From: Oceanispirochaeta sp.
GTDB taxonomy: Bacteria; Spirochaetota; Spirochaetia; DSM-2461
Assembly: GCA_963666275.2 (NCBI GenBank)
Contig: CAXXOA010000002.1
Location: 1,056,001 to 1,120,000 of the forward strand
Reading direction: 5' to 3'
DNA length: 64,000 nt
In this document: positions 49,136 through 59,265 of the stretch, one piece after another
Layout: the number at the start of each line of letters is the position of its first letter
Numbering within the stretch: position 1 is the first letter of the stretch
Notes under the pieces: model-generated
The model's input: only the letters and a program-made list of their open reading frames with translations
Databases searched by the model: none
Told to the model about the DNA's origin: nothing
Made by a program: the position numbers and the translations under genes

Positions 49136-50061
49136 ATTTAGGATTTATGGATCTGTTGAACTACCTTTTAAATGCGGATCTGAGAATGGCGGCGCCTATC
49201 CTTATTGCCGCTCTGGGACTGCTGATTATGGAAAAGAGCGGTATTGTGAATATCGGATGTGAAGGCATGATGCTTCTCGGATCCTTTGTGGGTGTCTTTT
49301 TCGCCCGTGCCTTCGGTTCCCCCTGGATGGGGATCCTTTTTGCCGGTATGAGCGGTATGGTTCTGGGTCTGATCTATGCCGGGATCGTTGTTTCTCTGGG
49401 AGCCAATCAGATCGTGACGGGTATTTCCTTCAATCTGATCATTCTGGGCCTCACTTCTACACTGAACCGGGTCGTTTTCGGAGTATCGGGGCAGACAGCC
49501 AGAGCTCCGGGTTTTGAGAAAATTACAATTCCTTTTCTCAGTGATATCCCCATCCTGGGATCTCTTTTCAATCTGCCCGGACCGGTCTATCTGATACTGC
49601 TGTTTGTACCGGTTCTGAGCTATTTCTTTAAAAAAACGACCATCGGACTGAAGATCCGTTCGGTGGGAGAGTATCCCAATGCGGCAGATGCCGCCGGGAT
49701 CAATGTGTATAGAGTCAGGTATCTGTCCATTCTGGCGGGAGGATTTCTGATCTCCGCCGCGGGAGGTTTTCTGTCTCTGGGAGTTCTCAGCCTTTTTACT
49801 GAAAACATGGTCAGCGGCCGGGGCTATATTGCCATGGCTGCGGTGATCTTCGGAAACTGGAATCCCTGGGGCGTTCTGGCTGCCACTCTGGTTTTCGGTA
49901 TGGGAGAGGCTGTGCAGATCAAAATGCAGACAGCCAGCAGCGCTATTCCCTATCAGCTGCTGATGATGATTCCCTATATCCTGACCATTCTGGCCCTTTC
50001 CGGATTCGTGGGAAGATCCAATGCCCCCGCTTCATCGGGAAAACCTTTTAAGAGCCAATAG
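49132..50061 (+). CDS. Nucleoside-type ABC permease 2
   Basis: EKSGIVNIGCEG, GLKIRSVGE, GRGYIAMAAVIFG, PYILT. Confidence 0.92.
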   Translation: MNLGFMDLLNYLLNADLRMAAPILIAALGLLIMEKSGIVNIGCEGMMLLGSFVGVFFARAFGSPWMGILFAGMSGMVLGLIYAGIVVSLGANQIVTGISFNLIILGLTSTLNRVVFGVSGQTARAPGFEKITIPFLSDIPILGSLFNLPGPVYLILLFVPVLSYFFKKTTIGLKIRSVGEYPNAADAAGINVYRVRYLSILAGGFLISAAGGFLSLGVLSLFTENMVSGRGYIAMAAVIFGNWNPWGVLAATLVFGMGEAVQIKMQTASSAIPYQLLMMIPYILTILALSGFVGRSNAPASSGKPFKSQ

Positions 50062-50074
50062 GGAGAGAGTGAAT

Positions 50075-51580
50075 ATGTTGAAAATGCGCGGAATCACCAA
50101 GGTCTATCCGGCGGTGGTTGCCAATAAAAATATCAATCTGGATCTGGCTCCCGGGGAAGTCCACTCCCTGCTGGGAGAGAACGGCGCCGGAAAGAGCACC
50201 CTTATGAATATCCTGGCGGGAGTTATAAAACCGACCGAAGGGGAGATAGAGCTGGAGGGAAAGCCTGTTCAGTTCAGTTCCGCCAAGGATGCGATCCTTC
50301 AGGGGATCGGCATGGTGTATCAGCACTTTATGCTGATCCCGAAACTGAGTGTAGCTGAAAATATTGTTCTCGGTATGAAACGGGAGAAGGAACCCTTTCT
50401 TCAGATCCATAAAGTGGCAAAGGAGATTGAAAAGTTCGCCAGACAGTACAATATGAATCTGGATCCCTTTGCCCGGGTGGACAGTCTGTCCGTAGGAGAG
50501 CAGCAGAGGGTGGAGATTGTGAAAGCCCTCTACAGAGGAGCGAAAATCCTCGTTCTGGACGAACCCACAGCCGTACTGACTCCCCAGGAGATCGACGAGC
50601 TTTTCAATATGATCCGCCTTTTCATTTCGGAAGGACGGTCTGTAATCTTCATCAGTCATAAGATGGATGAAGTCCTTGAAATCAGCGACAGAATTTCCAT
50701 TCTCCGGAAAGGTGAGATGATAGAAACTCTGGTGAATGAGGACATCTCGAAAGAAAAGCTGGCAGGCCTGATGGTGGGACGGGATGTCTCATTCAGTATC
50801 GAGAAAACAGGATGCAAACCCGGAAAGGAGATGCTCAAGCTTGAAAATGTTTCCGTTTCCAAGAGCAAGGGAGTCGATGCCCTGGCGGAGCTCTCTTTTT
50901 CTGTCTCCCAGGGAGAGATCCTGGGGGTCGCCGGGGTTGATGGAAACGGGCAGAGCGAGCTTCTTGAGGTTATTACAGGCCTGAAAAGGGTCAGAAACGG
51001 CAAAGTAATGCTGGCGGGAAAAGAGATCCATCACAGATCTCCCCGGGATATTCTGGAGATGGGACTGGCCCATATTCCCGAAGACAGACATGTCCGGGGG
51101 CTTGTCCTTGATCTGGATATTAAAGAAAACTTCATGGTGAACGACTATCATAAGAGCCCCCATACAAAGGGAAGTCTCATCGACTGGGCTTTTATTGCCG
51201 AGCATGCCAGGGAATATGCGGAACATTTCGATGTACGGACTCCCTCTCTGGAAGTCCCTGTATCCAGCCTTTCCGGAGGAAACCAGCAGAAGCTGGTCCT
51301 GGCCCGGGAACTCCACGGAGAACCCAAAGTCATTGCGGCGATGCATGCCACCAGGGGGCTTGATGTAGGGGCTATCGAGTATGTTCATACAAGGATTCTG
51401 GAGCAAAGGGAGCGGGGAGCTGCCATCCTCTATATCTCTACAGAGCTGGAGGAACTGATGAATCTTTCCGACAGACTCATGGTCATGTGCCGTGGTAGAA
51501 TTATCGGCATAGTTGATCCAAGGGAGGTGACAGTGGAGCAGGTCGGGCTGATGATGGCCGGCCATCCTCTGGAAGACTGA
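50075..51580 (+). CDS. Nucleoside-type ABC ATP-binding protein
   Basis: VVAN, GENGAGKS, GMVYQHF, DEPTAVLT, GVDGNGQ, LSGGNQQK. Start ATG 50075. Confidence 0.93.
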   Translation: MLKMRGITKVYPAVVANKNINLDLAPGEVHSLLGENGAGKSTLMNILAGVIKPTEGEIELEGKPVQFSSAKDAILQGIGMVYQHFMLIPKLSVAENIVLGMKREKEPFLQIHKVAKEIEKFARQYNMNLDPFARVDSLSVGEQQRVEIVKALYRGAKILVLDEPTAVLTPQEIDELFNMIRLFISEGRSVIFISHKMDEVLEISDRISILRKGEMIETLVNEDISKEKLAGLMVGRDVSFSIEKTGCKPGKEMLKLENVSVSKSKGVDALAELSFSVSQGEILGVAGVDGNGQSELLEVITGLKRVRNGKVMLAGKEIHHRSPRDILEMGLAHIPEDRHVRGLVLDLDIKENFMVNDYHKSPHTKGSLIDWAFIAEHAREYAEHFDVRTPSLEVPVSSLSGGNQQKLVLARELHGEPKVIAAMHATRGLDVGAIEYVHTRILEQRERGAAILYISTELEELMNLSDRLMVMCRGRIIGIVDPREVTVEQVGLMMAGHPLED

Positions 51581-51581
51581 T

Positions 51582-52325
51582 ATGGGAAATATTATCGAAC
51601 CCCTGACTCTGAAAGACACCGGGGCACCCAAATATAAGATTATAGCCGATGAGATCAGGGAACAGATCCGTTCCCTCACTCCCGGTCATAATAAGCTGGA
51701 AACGGAAGAAGTCCTGGCGGAAAGGACCGGTACCAGCCGGTCCACTATCCGTCAGGCCATCACCCAGCTCATCGAAGAGGGATATATTACCCGGATTCAG
51801 GGAAAGGGAATGTTCGGTCATCCCATGGTGCATGATCTGAAAATGCGCGTGGATATGGATATGAACTTCCGGCAGATCCTCGGGGTGGGGGGGTACCGTG
51901 TCTCCGTCTCCCAGTCTGACGGATATGTAACGGGAGCTTCGCCCCGTTTGTGCAAAAGGTTCCCTGAATATGAATCCGCCAGGGTTTTCGAGTTTCACTG
52001 GACCTACTTCGCAGACAACAGGGAGGCTATTTTCTGCCGGACCCAGGTGCCTCTGGAGCTGATGAAAAAGAATCTCAGTCCCATTCCGGCAGTCTCTCTC
52101 AAGGACCTTCTGAAGGATATCTGCGGAATGGAGGTGGCTTTTACCACTGCCTGGACAAAGGCTGTTCTGGACAGGGAGGCCATGGGGATTTTCGGACTTC
52201 CAGAGAATGATCCTGTTCTGGCATGGGACGAATTCTTTTTTGATCTGAATGATTATTTTATCTGTTTTAATGAAATCTTGTTTAATCCCGAAATAGTGGA
52301 TATGGCCAGAATCACCCGATTCTGA
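51582..52325 (+). CDS. GntR (HutC/UTRA-type) transcriptional regulator
   Basis: PKYKII...LETEEVLA...SRSTIRQAI...QGKGMF winged HTH with a UTRA-like C-terminus. Confidence 0.85.
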   Translation: MGNIIEPLTLKDTGAPKYKIIADEIREQIRSLTPGHNKLETEEVLAERTGTSRSTIRQAITQLIEEGYITRIQGKGMFGHPMVHDLKMRVDMDMNFRQILGVGGYRVSVSQSDGYVTGASPRLCKRFPEYESARVFEFHWTYFADNREAIFCRTQVPLELMKKNLSPIPAVSLKDLLKDICGMEVAFTTAWTKAVLDREAMGIFGLPENDPVLAWDEFFFDLNDYFICFNEILFNPEIVDMARITRF

Positions 52326-52337
52326 AACAGGTGGTGT

Positions 52338-54647
52338 ATGAGTTATTCTGAAATCGGGAGCAGTACGCCCGTTCACGACGGTTATTCCAAGGTTACCGGG
52401 GCTCTCCTTTATACGGGTGACCTGCAGAAGCCGGGAACCCTCCATATGAAATTTCTTCTCTCCCCCCGGGCGCACTGCCGGATCCTCTCTTTTGATCTGT
52501 CCGAGGCGGAAAAAGTTCCAGGTGTCAGGAAGATCTATACCTGTTTTTCCACTCCCTCCCGGCTCTATAACAGTGCCAAACGCTTCGACGGGCATGATAT
52601 TGTGGAGGATGAATCCCTCTTTCCCCGGACCCTCAGGTTCAAAGGGGATTTTGCCGCGGCCGTGGCGGCGGATTCGCCCGAAGCCGCTGCTAAAGCGGTC
52701 AGGCTTATCCGGATGGAAACGGAAGATCTTCCGGCAGTCTTCTCTCTGGATGACGCTCTGAAACCGGGCGCTCCCGCCGCCAATGATGCGGTGCTCGGGA
52801 GCAACCGCATTGCTGATATCACCGTGGGTTACGGAGAACCAGAAAGTGAGCTGGCCCGGGCGAGTAAGGTTTATGAGGATGTGAAGGAAACCCCGGCTAT
52901 CCACCATCTGGCACTGGAACCCCATACAGTTCTGGCCAAGTACAGGGAAAGGAGAAAGCTGGTTATTCAGAGTTCCACCCAGAACTCCTTCGGCGTCCGA
53001 CTGCTCCTTTCGGAGCTGCTGGATATGCCCCGCAGCCGTATTCAGGTGATAAAACCTGCCATGGGGGGAGCCTTCGGGGCAAAAATTCCCATGATCCTGG
53101 AACCCTATGCCGCTGTCGCCGCCCTGGAGCTGGGAGCTCCTGTCCGGATTGAACTGACCCGGAAAGAGGTTTTTCTCTGCACCAGGACCCGGCATGCCTC
53201 AAAAACGCGGATAAGAACATCCGTCTCCCGGGACGGGAAGATCCTGGCTCAGGAGATCGATTACCTCATTAATGCAGGGGCCTACTGCACCCAGAGTGTG
53301 AACGTGGCAGCCGCGGCGGCCCATAAGGCGGTCAAGCTCTATCGAATTCCCCATTTCCGCATCACCGCCACACCGGTGTATACCAATCTCCCTGTGGCGG
53401 GAGCCATGAGGGGCTACGGTTCTCCCCAACTCTATTTTGCCGTTCAGACCCATCTGAAGAGAATCGCCGATGATCTGGGGATGGATTTTGTGGCGTTTCA
53501 GAAACAGAATCTCATCCATCCCGACAGCACCGAGCCTGTGTACGGATCTCCTATCGGAAATCCCCGTCCCCTGGACTGTGTCCGGACCGGGGAGGAGCTT
53601 TTCGGATGGGAAGAGAAATCCCGGTCCGTTCCGCCGGAAGGATTCCTCCGGGGGAGCGGCATGGCTGTGGGAATGCATGGCAACGGGGTTTTCAAGGTTC
53701 ATGTGGATTTTACGGGGATCCATATCAAGCTCAACGAGGATGGAACCCTTGTATTCTTCACGGGGAGTCATGATATGGGGAACGGCTCGGTAACCCTGCA
53801 GAAGATGATCCTGGCGGAGGAACTCAAAATTCCTGCGGAGAAGATGGAGGCCATCGAGACCGATACGGACAGCTGCCCCTGGAATCTGGGGGATTTTGCC
53901 AGCCGGGGGGTCTTTGTCTCAGCCCAGGCGGCCAGGAAGTCGGCTCTTCTGATGAAGGATCTTCTGCTGAATGAAGCGGTTCTCTACTGGGAGTCCCGGG
54001 ACTGGCCCTGTCAGCCCGGGGAACTGGCTCTGGGAAAAGAGCTGATCCTGCAGACAGGGACAGACCGCTCTGTCTCTCTGCAGGAACTGCTGCTGTTTAT
54101 TTATCAGGTCAGGCAGTTCTCCCCGGAAGTGACAGGCAGTCATGCCAATGAAGCCGACAGGACCTCCTACGGAGCCCATTTTGCCGAAGTGGAGATCTGC
54201 CGGAAGACGGGAGATCTCAGAATTACCGATTATGCGGCTGTCCACGATGTGGGAAAGGTTCTGAACCGGATGGGGATCGAAGGCCAGCTGGAAGGGGCTA
54301 TTCAGATTTCCACTGGTTTCGCCTTGTGTGAAGAGATGGTTTTTGATGAGATGGGAGCCCTGAAAAACGGGAATCTGAAGAAGTACAGGACCATTGATGC
54401 GGCCACTATGCCCCGGAAGATCCGGATGGCTTTTATAGAAGAGGGAGATGAACCGGGCCCCTACGGAGCCAAAAGCATAGGGGAATGTTCGGTTGTGCCC
54501 GGCGCCCCGGCCATTGCCAATGCGGTGGCCTCCGCTCTGGGATGCTATCCCGACAGGCTCCCCGTATCGAAAGAATGGATTATTGAGAAACTGAAAGAAA
54601 AGGACCTGTTTCTGGGAGATCCGGAAGAGGACGTTACAGGAGTATAA
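52338..54647 (+). CDS. Xanthine dehydrogenase family molybdopterin-binding (large) subunit
   Basis: STQ, GGAFGAK, AMRGYG, FASRG, GQLEG, GAKSIGE (catalytic Glu). Confidence 0.93.
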   Translation: MSYSEIGSSTPVHDGYSKVTGALLYTGDLQKPGTLHMKFLLSPRAHCRILSFDLSEAEKVPGVRKIYTCFSTPSRLYNSAKRFDGHDIVEDESLFPRTLRFKGDFAAAVAADSPEAAAKAVRLIRMETEDLPAVFSLDDALKPGAPAANDAVLGSNRIADITVGYGEPESELARASKVYEDVKETPAIHHLALEPHTVLAKYRERRKLVIQSSTQNSFGVRLLLSELLDMPRSRIQVIKPAMGGAFGAKIPMILEPYAAVAALELGAPVRIELTRKEVFLCTRTRHASKTRIRTSVSRDGKILAQEIDYLINAGAYCTQSVNVAAAAAHKAVKLYRIPHFRITATPVYTNLPVAGAMRGYGSPQLYFAVQTHLKRIADDLGMDFVAFQKQNLIHPDSTEPVYGSPIGNPRPLDCVRTGEELFGWEEKSRSVPPEGFLRGSGMAVGMHGNGVFKVHVDFTGIHIKLNEDGTLVFFTGSHDMGNGSVTLQKMILAEELKIPAEKMEAIETDTDSCPWNLGDFASRGVFVSAQAARKSALLMKDLLLNEAVLYWESRDWPCQPGELALGKELILQTGTDRSVSLQELLLFIYQVRQFSPEVTGSHANEADRTSYGAHFAEVEICRKTGDLRITDYAAVHDVGKVLNRMGIEGQLEGAIQISTGFALCEEMVFDEMGALKNGNLKKYRTIDAATMPRKIRMAFIEEGDEPGPYGAKSIGECSVVPGAPAIANAVASALGCYPDRLPVSKEWIIEKLKEKDLFLGDPEEDVTGV

Positions 54648-54651
54648 GAGT

Positions 54652-55320
54652 ATGAAAGTATTGGGTATTTGCGGCAGCCCCCGAAAAGGGGCCACCGAAT
54701 GGTCTGTGAAAAAAGCTCTGGAGGTTCTGGAAGGGTATCCCGGGATTGAAACGGTCTACTGGTCCGTCCGGGGAAAGAAAATAGGTCCCTGTATTCACTG
54801 CGACCGCTGTATCCGGGAAAATTCCATGTGTACCATTCAGGACGATTACAAAGAGGTGGAAGCCCTGATCCTGGAAGCCGATGCGATTCTGGTGGGAAGC
54901 CCTGTCTATGATATGAATGTGACCGGCCAGCTGGCCATGGTGTTCAACAGAACGCGGCCTCACTATCTTGTTCATGCGGGAGGCCTGAAGAACAAAGTCG
55001 GTGCCGCTCTCTCTGTGGGGGGAACCCGTCACGGGGGGCAGGAAATGACCAATATGGCTATTATCAACTTTTTCCTGATGCATGAAATGCTTGTCACCGG
55101 AGGACTGGGGGGCTGCTACAACGGCGGAACCGTCTGGTCCAGAGATGACAGGGTGGCAGGAGCCGAAAAGGACGGCCCCGGAGCCGATACGGTCATCCGG
55201 CTGGCCCAGGGTATGGCCGAAGCGGTGATCACAATAGAGCATGGCCGGAAAACCGCCTACGAAATCATGGAGAAGGCTGAAAAACTCCAGGGATCCAACT
55301 CTCCCATCAGAGATCATTAA
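54652..55320 (+). CDS. Iron-sulfur flavoprotein (Isf)-like flavodoxin family protein
   Basis: GSPRKG; Cx2Cx2Cx6C (CIHCDRCIRENSMC); GSPVY; GGQE. Confidence 0.85.
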   Translation: MKVLGICGSPRKGATEWSVKKALEVLEGYPGIETVYWSVRGKKIGPCIHCDRCIRENSMCTIQDDYKEVEALILEADAILVGSPVYDMNVTGQLAMVFNRTRPHYLVHAGGLKNKVGAALSVGGTRHGGQEMTNMAIINFFLMHEMLVTGGLGGCYNGGTVWSRDDRVAGAEKDGPGADTVIRLAQGMAEAVITIEHGRKTAYEIMEKAEKLQGSNSPIRDH

Positions 55321-55339
55321 GAAAGGAACGCAATCAGTC

Positions 55340-55825
55340 ATGGAGATCCGTTTTACCCTCAACGGCCGGAGCGTCACTGCCGAGGTAGAAAAAAGACAAA
55401 CCCTTCTCTCCCTTATCAGGGATCACTTCCATCTGACCGGAACCAAATACGGCTGCGGAACAGGAGACTGCGGGGCCTGCAAGGTGCTGCTGGACGGGCA
55501 GGCTGTGACCTCCTGCAATCTGCCCTCCTACAGGGTGGACGGCCGGTCTGTGGTGACTATTGAAGGGATAAACGGGGAAGACGGCTCTCTCCATCCTGTT
55601 CCGCAGGCTTTTCTGGACGCCGGTGCGGTTCAGTGCGGCTTCTGCACACCCGGCATGGTGATTCAGTCCATCGACCTTCTGGGCAGGAATCCCGATCCCC
55701 ATGAAGAGGAGATCCGGGAGGCTCTGAAGCACAATATCTGCCGCTGTACGGGGTATGTAAAAATTGTTCAGGCCGTTCAGAATGCGGCAGAGCTTATGAA
55801 AGGAAAGGATGGGCTCCATGGCTGA
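55340..55825 (+). CDS. 2x[2Fe-2S] small subunit (CoxS/XdhC-type)
   Basis: GTKYGCGTGDCGAC, QCGFCTPG, NICRCTGY. Start ATG 55340. Confidence 0.93.
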   Translation: MEIRFTLNGRSVTAEVEKRQTLLSLIRDHFHLTGTKYGCGTGDCGACKVLLDGQAVTSCNLPSYRVDGRSVVTIEGINGEDGSLHPVPQAFLDAGAVQCGFCTPGMVIQSIDLLGRNPDPHEEEIREALKHNICRCTGYVKIVQAVQNAAELMKGKDGLHG

Positions 55826-58574
55826 TAAGCAGATCTCTTTAAAAATAAATGGATCCGGGCATTCTGTCCTGGTTCGGCCCGGTCTGACTCTCATGAAATT
55901 CCTCCGGGAGGATCTGGATCTGACCGGAACCAAATGCGGCTGCGGCGCCGGAGACTGCGGAGCCTGCAAGGTCCTTGTCAACGGACAGGCTGTAACGACC
56001 TGCAATCTGCCTCTCTCCCGTCTGGACGGAGCGGATATCGTCACCGTGGAGGGCCTGGCCGAGTCCGCCCTCGATGGAGGAGCTCTGCATCCGGTACAGC
56101 AGGCATTTATCGATGCCGGTGCGGTTCAGTGCGGCTTCTGCACCCCCGGTATGGTCATCACCACTGTGGATCTTCTCTCCCGCCATTCCCGCCCCTCCGT
56201 GTGGGAAATCCGGAAGGCCTTTGAGAACAATCTCTGCCGCTGTACGGGATACGCTAAAATTATCGATGCGGTCAAAATCGCTTCGGGCCAGATGACCCCT
56301 CCTGAAAAAAGTGACGGAGTGGGAGGATTTTCTCCTGTGACCCGGGTTTCTTCCAAGGTAACTGGCCGTCTGAAGTATACAGCGGATATGAAATTCTCCG
56401 GAGCCCTGAAGGGAAAGATCCTCTATGCTCCGGCTCCTCACGGGATTGTAACGAAAATCGACACCGAAAAGGCCCGGGCTCTTCCGGGGGTTGTGGATGT
56501 GGTGACCTTTGAGGATATTCCCGACAGGACATTCAACAGCCATATTACGGTTCCCTATCAGGACGTCCGGAAGAACGACAGGATTTTCAACAGCCATTTC
56601 CGCTACAGAGGGGACAGGATCGCCGCGGTAGCCGCTGTAGATGAGGCCACCGCCCGGAAGGCCCTGAAGCTGATTGATGTGGAGTATGAGGCTCTCCCTT
56701 TTCTGAGAACGCCGGAAGAGTCCCTTCAAGAGGGGGCCCCTCCCATCCATGAAGAGGGCAATGCTCCGGCGGAAATCTCCGACTCCTCAGGAACTCTGCC
56801 CGACAGCCGGGAGGACTGGTTTGTCTATGAAGATACCTTCCGGACCGGCCGGGTTACCCATGCGGCCATGGAGCCCCATGCGGTCACAGCCCTCTACGAA
56901 GAGGAGGTACTTACAGTCTACAGCTCCTGTCAGAATGTTTTCTGTTATCAGGCTATGCTGGCCGAACTGTTTGAACTGCCCTTTAACAGGGTCCGGGTGA
57001 TCAAACCCCCTGTGGGAGGAGCTTTCGGCGGCAAGTCCGAGATGGTTCTGGAACCGGTAGCCGCTCTCCTGGCCCTGCGGACAGGCCGTCCCGTGGCCAT
57101 GGAAATGACAAGGAAAGAGGTGTTCAGTTCCACAAGGACCCGAACCCCTGTGAAGATAGAGCACAGGATCTGTGTGGGGGCTGACGGGCTTTTCCGGGAG
57201 CATGACTATCAGGCTGTTATGGACAGAGGCGCCTACTTCGGCAGCGGGTTCGATCTGGGCTATGCCTTTATGGACAAAGCCTACCGCCTGTACCGGGTTC
57301 CCCGTATCGCTACAGAAGTTAAACTGGCCTATACCAATAATCAGCCCCCCGGTGCCATGAGGGGCTATGGGAATCCCCAGCTCTCCTTTGCCAGAGAGGT
57401 TCTTATAGACAGAATCTGCCGGGACAGGGGTTGGGATCCCGTGGAATTCCGTCTGGCCAATCTGATTCAGCCGGGGGATAAAAACCCCTCGACAGGAGAC
57501 GATCTGGGGGCAGCCCATCCTGCGGAGTGTCTGAAAGCAGGGGCGGAAAAGTTCCGCTGGGACGAGAGGAAGAGGCTCTGTCATGAACACAACAGCATTC
57601 CCGGTCAGACTCTTCTCCGGGGGATCGGTGCTGTCTCGGGGGTCCACGGCGCGGGAATCTATCCGGGCTGTGTGGACTATTCTACCGCTTCGGTAAAACT
57701 GTTCCCCGACGGTTCGGCTGTGCTTACAATTTCGGCCCATGAGAACGGCCAGGGAAGCAGCATCCTTATGAAGAAAATCCTCTCCTCCTGTCTGGATATT
57801 CCGGAGGATAAAATCTCACTGGCCGAGACGGATACCCTGATGACGTTCTACGATAATGGAAGTTACGCCAGCAGGGAAACCTGGGTATGTGGACAGGCTG
57901 TTCTGAAAGCCGGAGAAACCATGAAGAGGCTCCTTCTGGAAGAGGGGGCCCGGATGTTCGGCTGTGCCGCAGCTGATGTGGAGTTCTGTGACGGCAGTGT
58001 CCGTTTTAAATACGCCGAAGGAAAATCGGCCTCTCTTACCGAGCTGGTCAGGCATGCGCAGACAAGCTATCCCTTCCGGGATATGGCTGTGATTGAGAGC
58101 GTTCCCTGTCCTTTTGATCCGGGAGCCTACTTTTCCAACTTTGCCGAAGTGGAAGTCAACAGGGAAACCGGTGAGGTCAGGGTTCTGGACTTTCTGGCTG
58201 TGCACAATTCGGGTACACCCATTAATCCTGTCATGCTGGAGGGTCAGGTGGAAGGAGGCCTTCACATGGGTCTGGGATTCGCCCTTTCCGAAGAGCTGGA
58301 TGTGGACCCCGAAACAGGGGATGTGAAGAACGGAAACTTCAGGAAATACGGATTTTTCCGGGCTTCCGAGATGCCTGAGACGGATGTGCTCTTTCTGGAT
58401 AACCCGGAAGAACCCGGTCCCTACGGGGCGAAGAGTATCGGAGAAGCCACAACCGGAGGGGTCGCTCCGGCGGTTATCAATGCCATCAGTCATGCCACGG
58501 GGGTGGATTTTTCCACCCTGCCTGTGCGGGCGGAGGATGTTCTGGCGGGGTTATCCGCTTCAAATAATAAGTAA
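55818..58574 (+). CDS. Molybdenum hydroxylase with fused 2x[2Fe-2S] domain (Mop/aldehyde oxidoreductase architecture)
   Basis: GCGAGDCGAC, QCGFCTPG, LCRCTGY, then GGAFGGK, AMRGYG, YASR, GAKSIGE. Confidence 0.93.
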   Translation: MADKQISLKINGSGHSVLVRPGLTLMKFLREDLDLTGTKCGCGAGDCGACKVLVNGQAVTTCNLPLSRLDGADIVTVEGLAESALDGGALHPVQQAFIDAGAVQCGFCTPGMVITTVDLLSRHSRPSVWEIRKAFENNLCRCTGYAKIIDAVKIASGQMTPPEKSDGVGGFSPVTRVSSKVTGRLKYTADMKFSGALKGKILYAPAPHGIVTKIDTEKARALPGVVDVVTFEDIPDRTFNSHITVPYQDVRKNDRIFNSHFRYRGDRIAAVAAVDEATARKALKLIDVEYEALPFLRTPEESLQEGAPPIHEEGNAPAEISDSSGTLPDSREDWFVYEDTFRTGRVTHAAMEPHAVTALYEEEVLTVYSSCQNVFCYQAMLAELFELPFNRVRVIKPPVGGAFGGKSEMVLEPVAALLALRTGRPVAMEMTRKEVFSSTRTRTPVKIEHRICVGADGLFREHDYQAVMDRGAYFGSGFDLGYAFMDKAYRLYRVPRIATEVKLAYTNNQPPGAMRGYGNPQLSFAREVLIDRICRDRGWDPVEFRLANLIQPGDKNPSTGDDLGAAHPAECLKAGAEKFRWDERKRLCHEHNSIPGQTLLRGIGAVSGVHGAGIYPGCVDYSTASVKLFPDGSAVLTISAHENGQGSSILMKKILSSCLDIPEDKISLAETDTLMTFYDNGSYASRETWVCGQAVLKAGETMKRLLLEEGARMFGCAAADVEFCDGSVRFKYAEGKSASLTELVRHAQTSYPFRDMAVIESVPCPFDPGAYFSNFAEVEVNRETGEVRVLDFLAVHNSGTPINPVMLEGQVEGGLHMGLGFALSEELDVDPETGDVKNGNFRKYGFFRASEMPETDVLFLDNPEEPGPYGAKSIGEATTGGVAPAVINAISHATGVDFSTLPVRAEDVLAGLSASNNK

Positions 58575-58587
58575 GGTGATTAAATAA

Positions 58588-59196
58588 ATGAAAATACTCG
58601 TATTATTAGCCCATCCATCGGAAGGAAGTCTGAATTCCGCCATCGCCCGGAGGGCTGTCGCGTCTCTGGAGAGGATCGGACATGATGTTGTATTTCATGA
58701 TCTCTACAGGGAAGATTTCAGTCCCCTCATGACTGAGGAAGAGCTGGCTGAAAACTATACACCTTCCGGCCTGGTCGGCCGGCATTGTGATGAACTGAAA
58801 TCTGCTGACGGTATCGTGGTGGTGCATCCCAACTGGAGGCATCAGGCTCCGGCTGTTCTGAAGGGCTGGGTAGATCGGGTAATCCGTTCGGGAGTTGCCT
58901 TTGAATATGCCGGGGAGGACGGCGGGGAAGGCCGTCTTGTTCCTCTGTTAACGGGCAAATCGGTCACTGTATTCAATACAGCAGACTGCCCTGAAGAGGA
59001 GCTTACAGCGTTGGGTGATCCTTTGAAGCAGTTCTGGGGGCAGATTGTATTCGGGAACTGCGGGGTGGATCAGTTTGTAAAAAAAGATTTCTGCAGTGTT
59101 TTTCTCAGTACACTGGATCAGAGAGAAGCCTGGCTGGAAGAGGTGGAAACTCTATTGAAAGAGCAGTTTAAAGTAGAATCATCCATATTTATCTGA
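58588..59196 (+). CDS. NAD(P)H dehydrogenase (quinone), Flavodoxin_2 family
   Basis: LAHPSEGSLN, HDLY, HPNW...PAVLKGWVDRV. Confidence 0.88.
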   Translation: MKILVLLAHPSEGSLNSAIARRAVASLERIGHDVVFHDLYREDFSPLMTEEELAENYTPSGLVGRHCDELKSADGIVVVHPNWRHQAPAVLKGWVDRVIRSGVAFEYAGEDGGEGRLVPLLTGKSVTVFNTADCPEEELTALGDPLKQFWGQIVFGNCGVDQFVKKDFCSVFLSTLDQREAWLEEVETLLKEQFKVESSIFI

Positions 59197-59201
59197 TTTT
59201 A

Positions 59202-59245
59202 TTGCATCTTTTGTACAAAAAAGACACAATAGTCATCAGATGACT
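59202..59245 (+). promoter_or_regulatory. Internal sigma70-like promoter with a palindromic operator upstream of the UbiD gene
   Basis: TTGCAT (59202), 17 bp, CACAAT (59225); AGTCATC-A-GATGACT (59231-59245); TTTTGTACAAAA in the spacer. Confidence 0.55.
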
Positions 59246-59265
59246 TAATGAATAGAGGTGTGTTG

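Noticed and set aside
51501..53195. 564-aa minus-strand ORF
   Set aside because: Antisense to gntR and the Mo subunit, both motif-rich; no protein features.
52338..58574. Possible selenocysteine recoding or frameshift in the Mo enzymes
   Set aside because: Both large subunits are full-length open frames without in-frame TGA; the 2Fe-2S gene at 55340 is complete.
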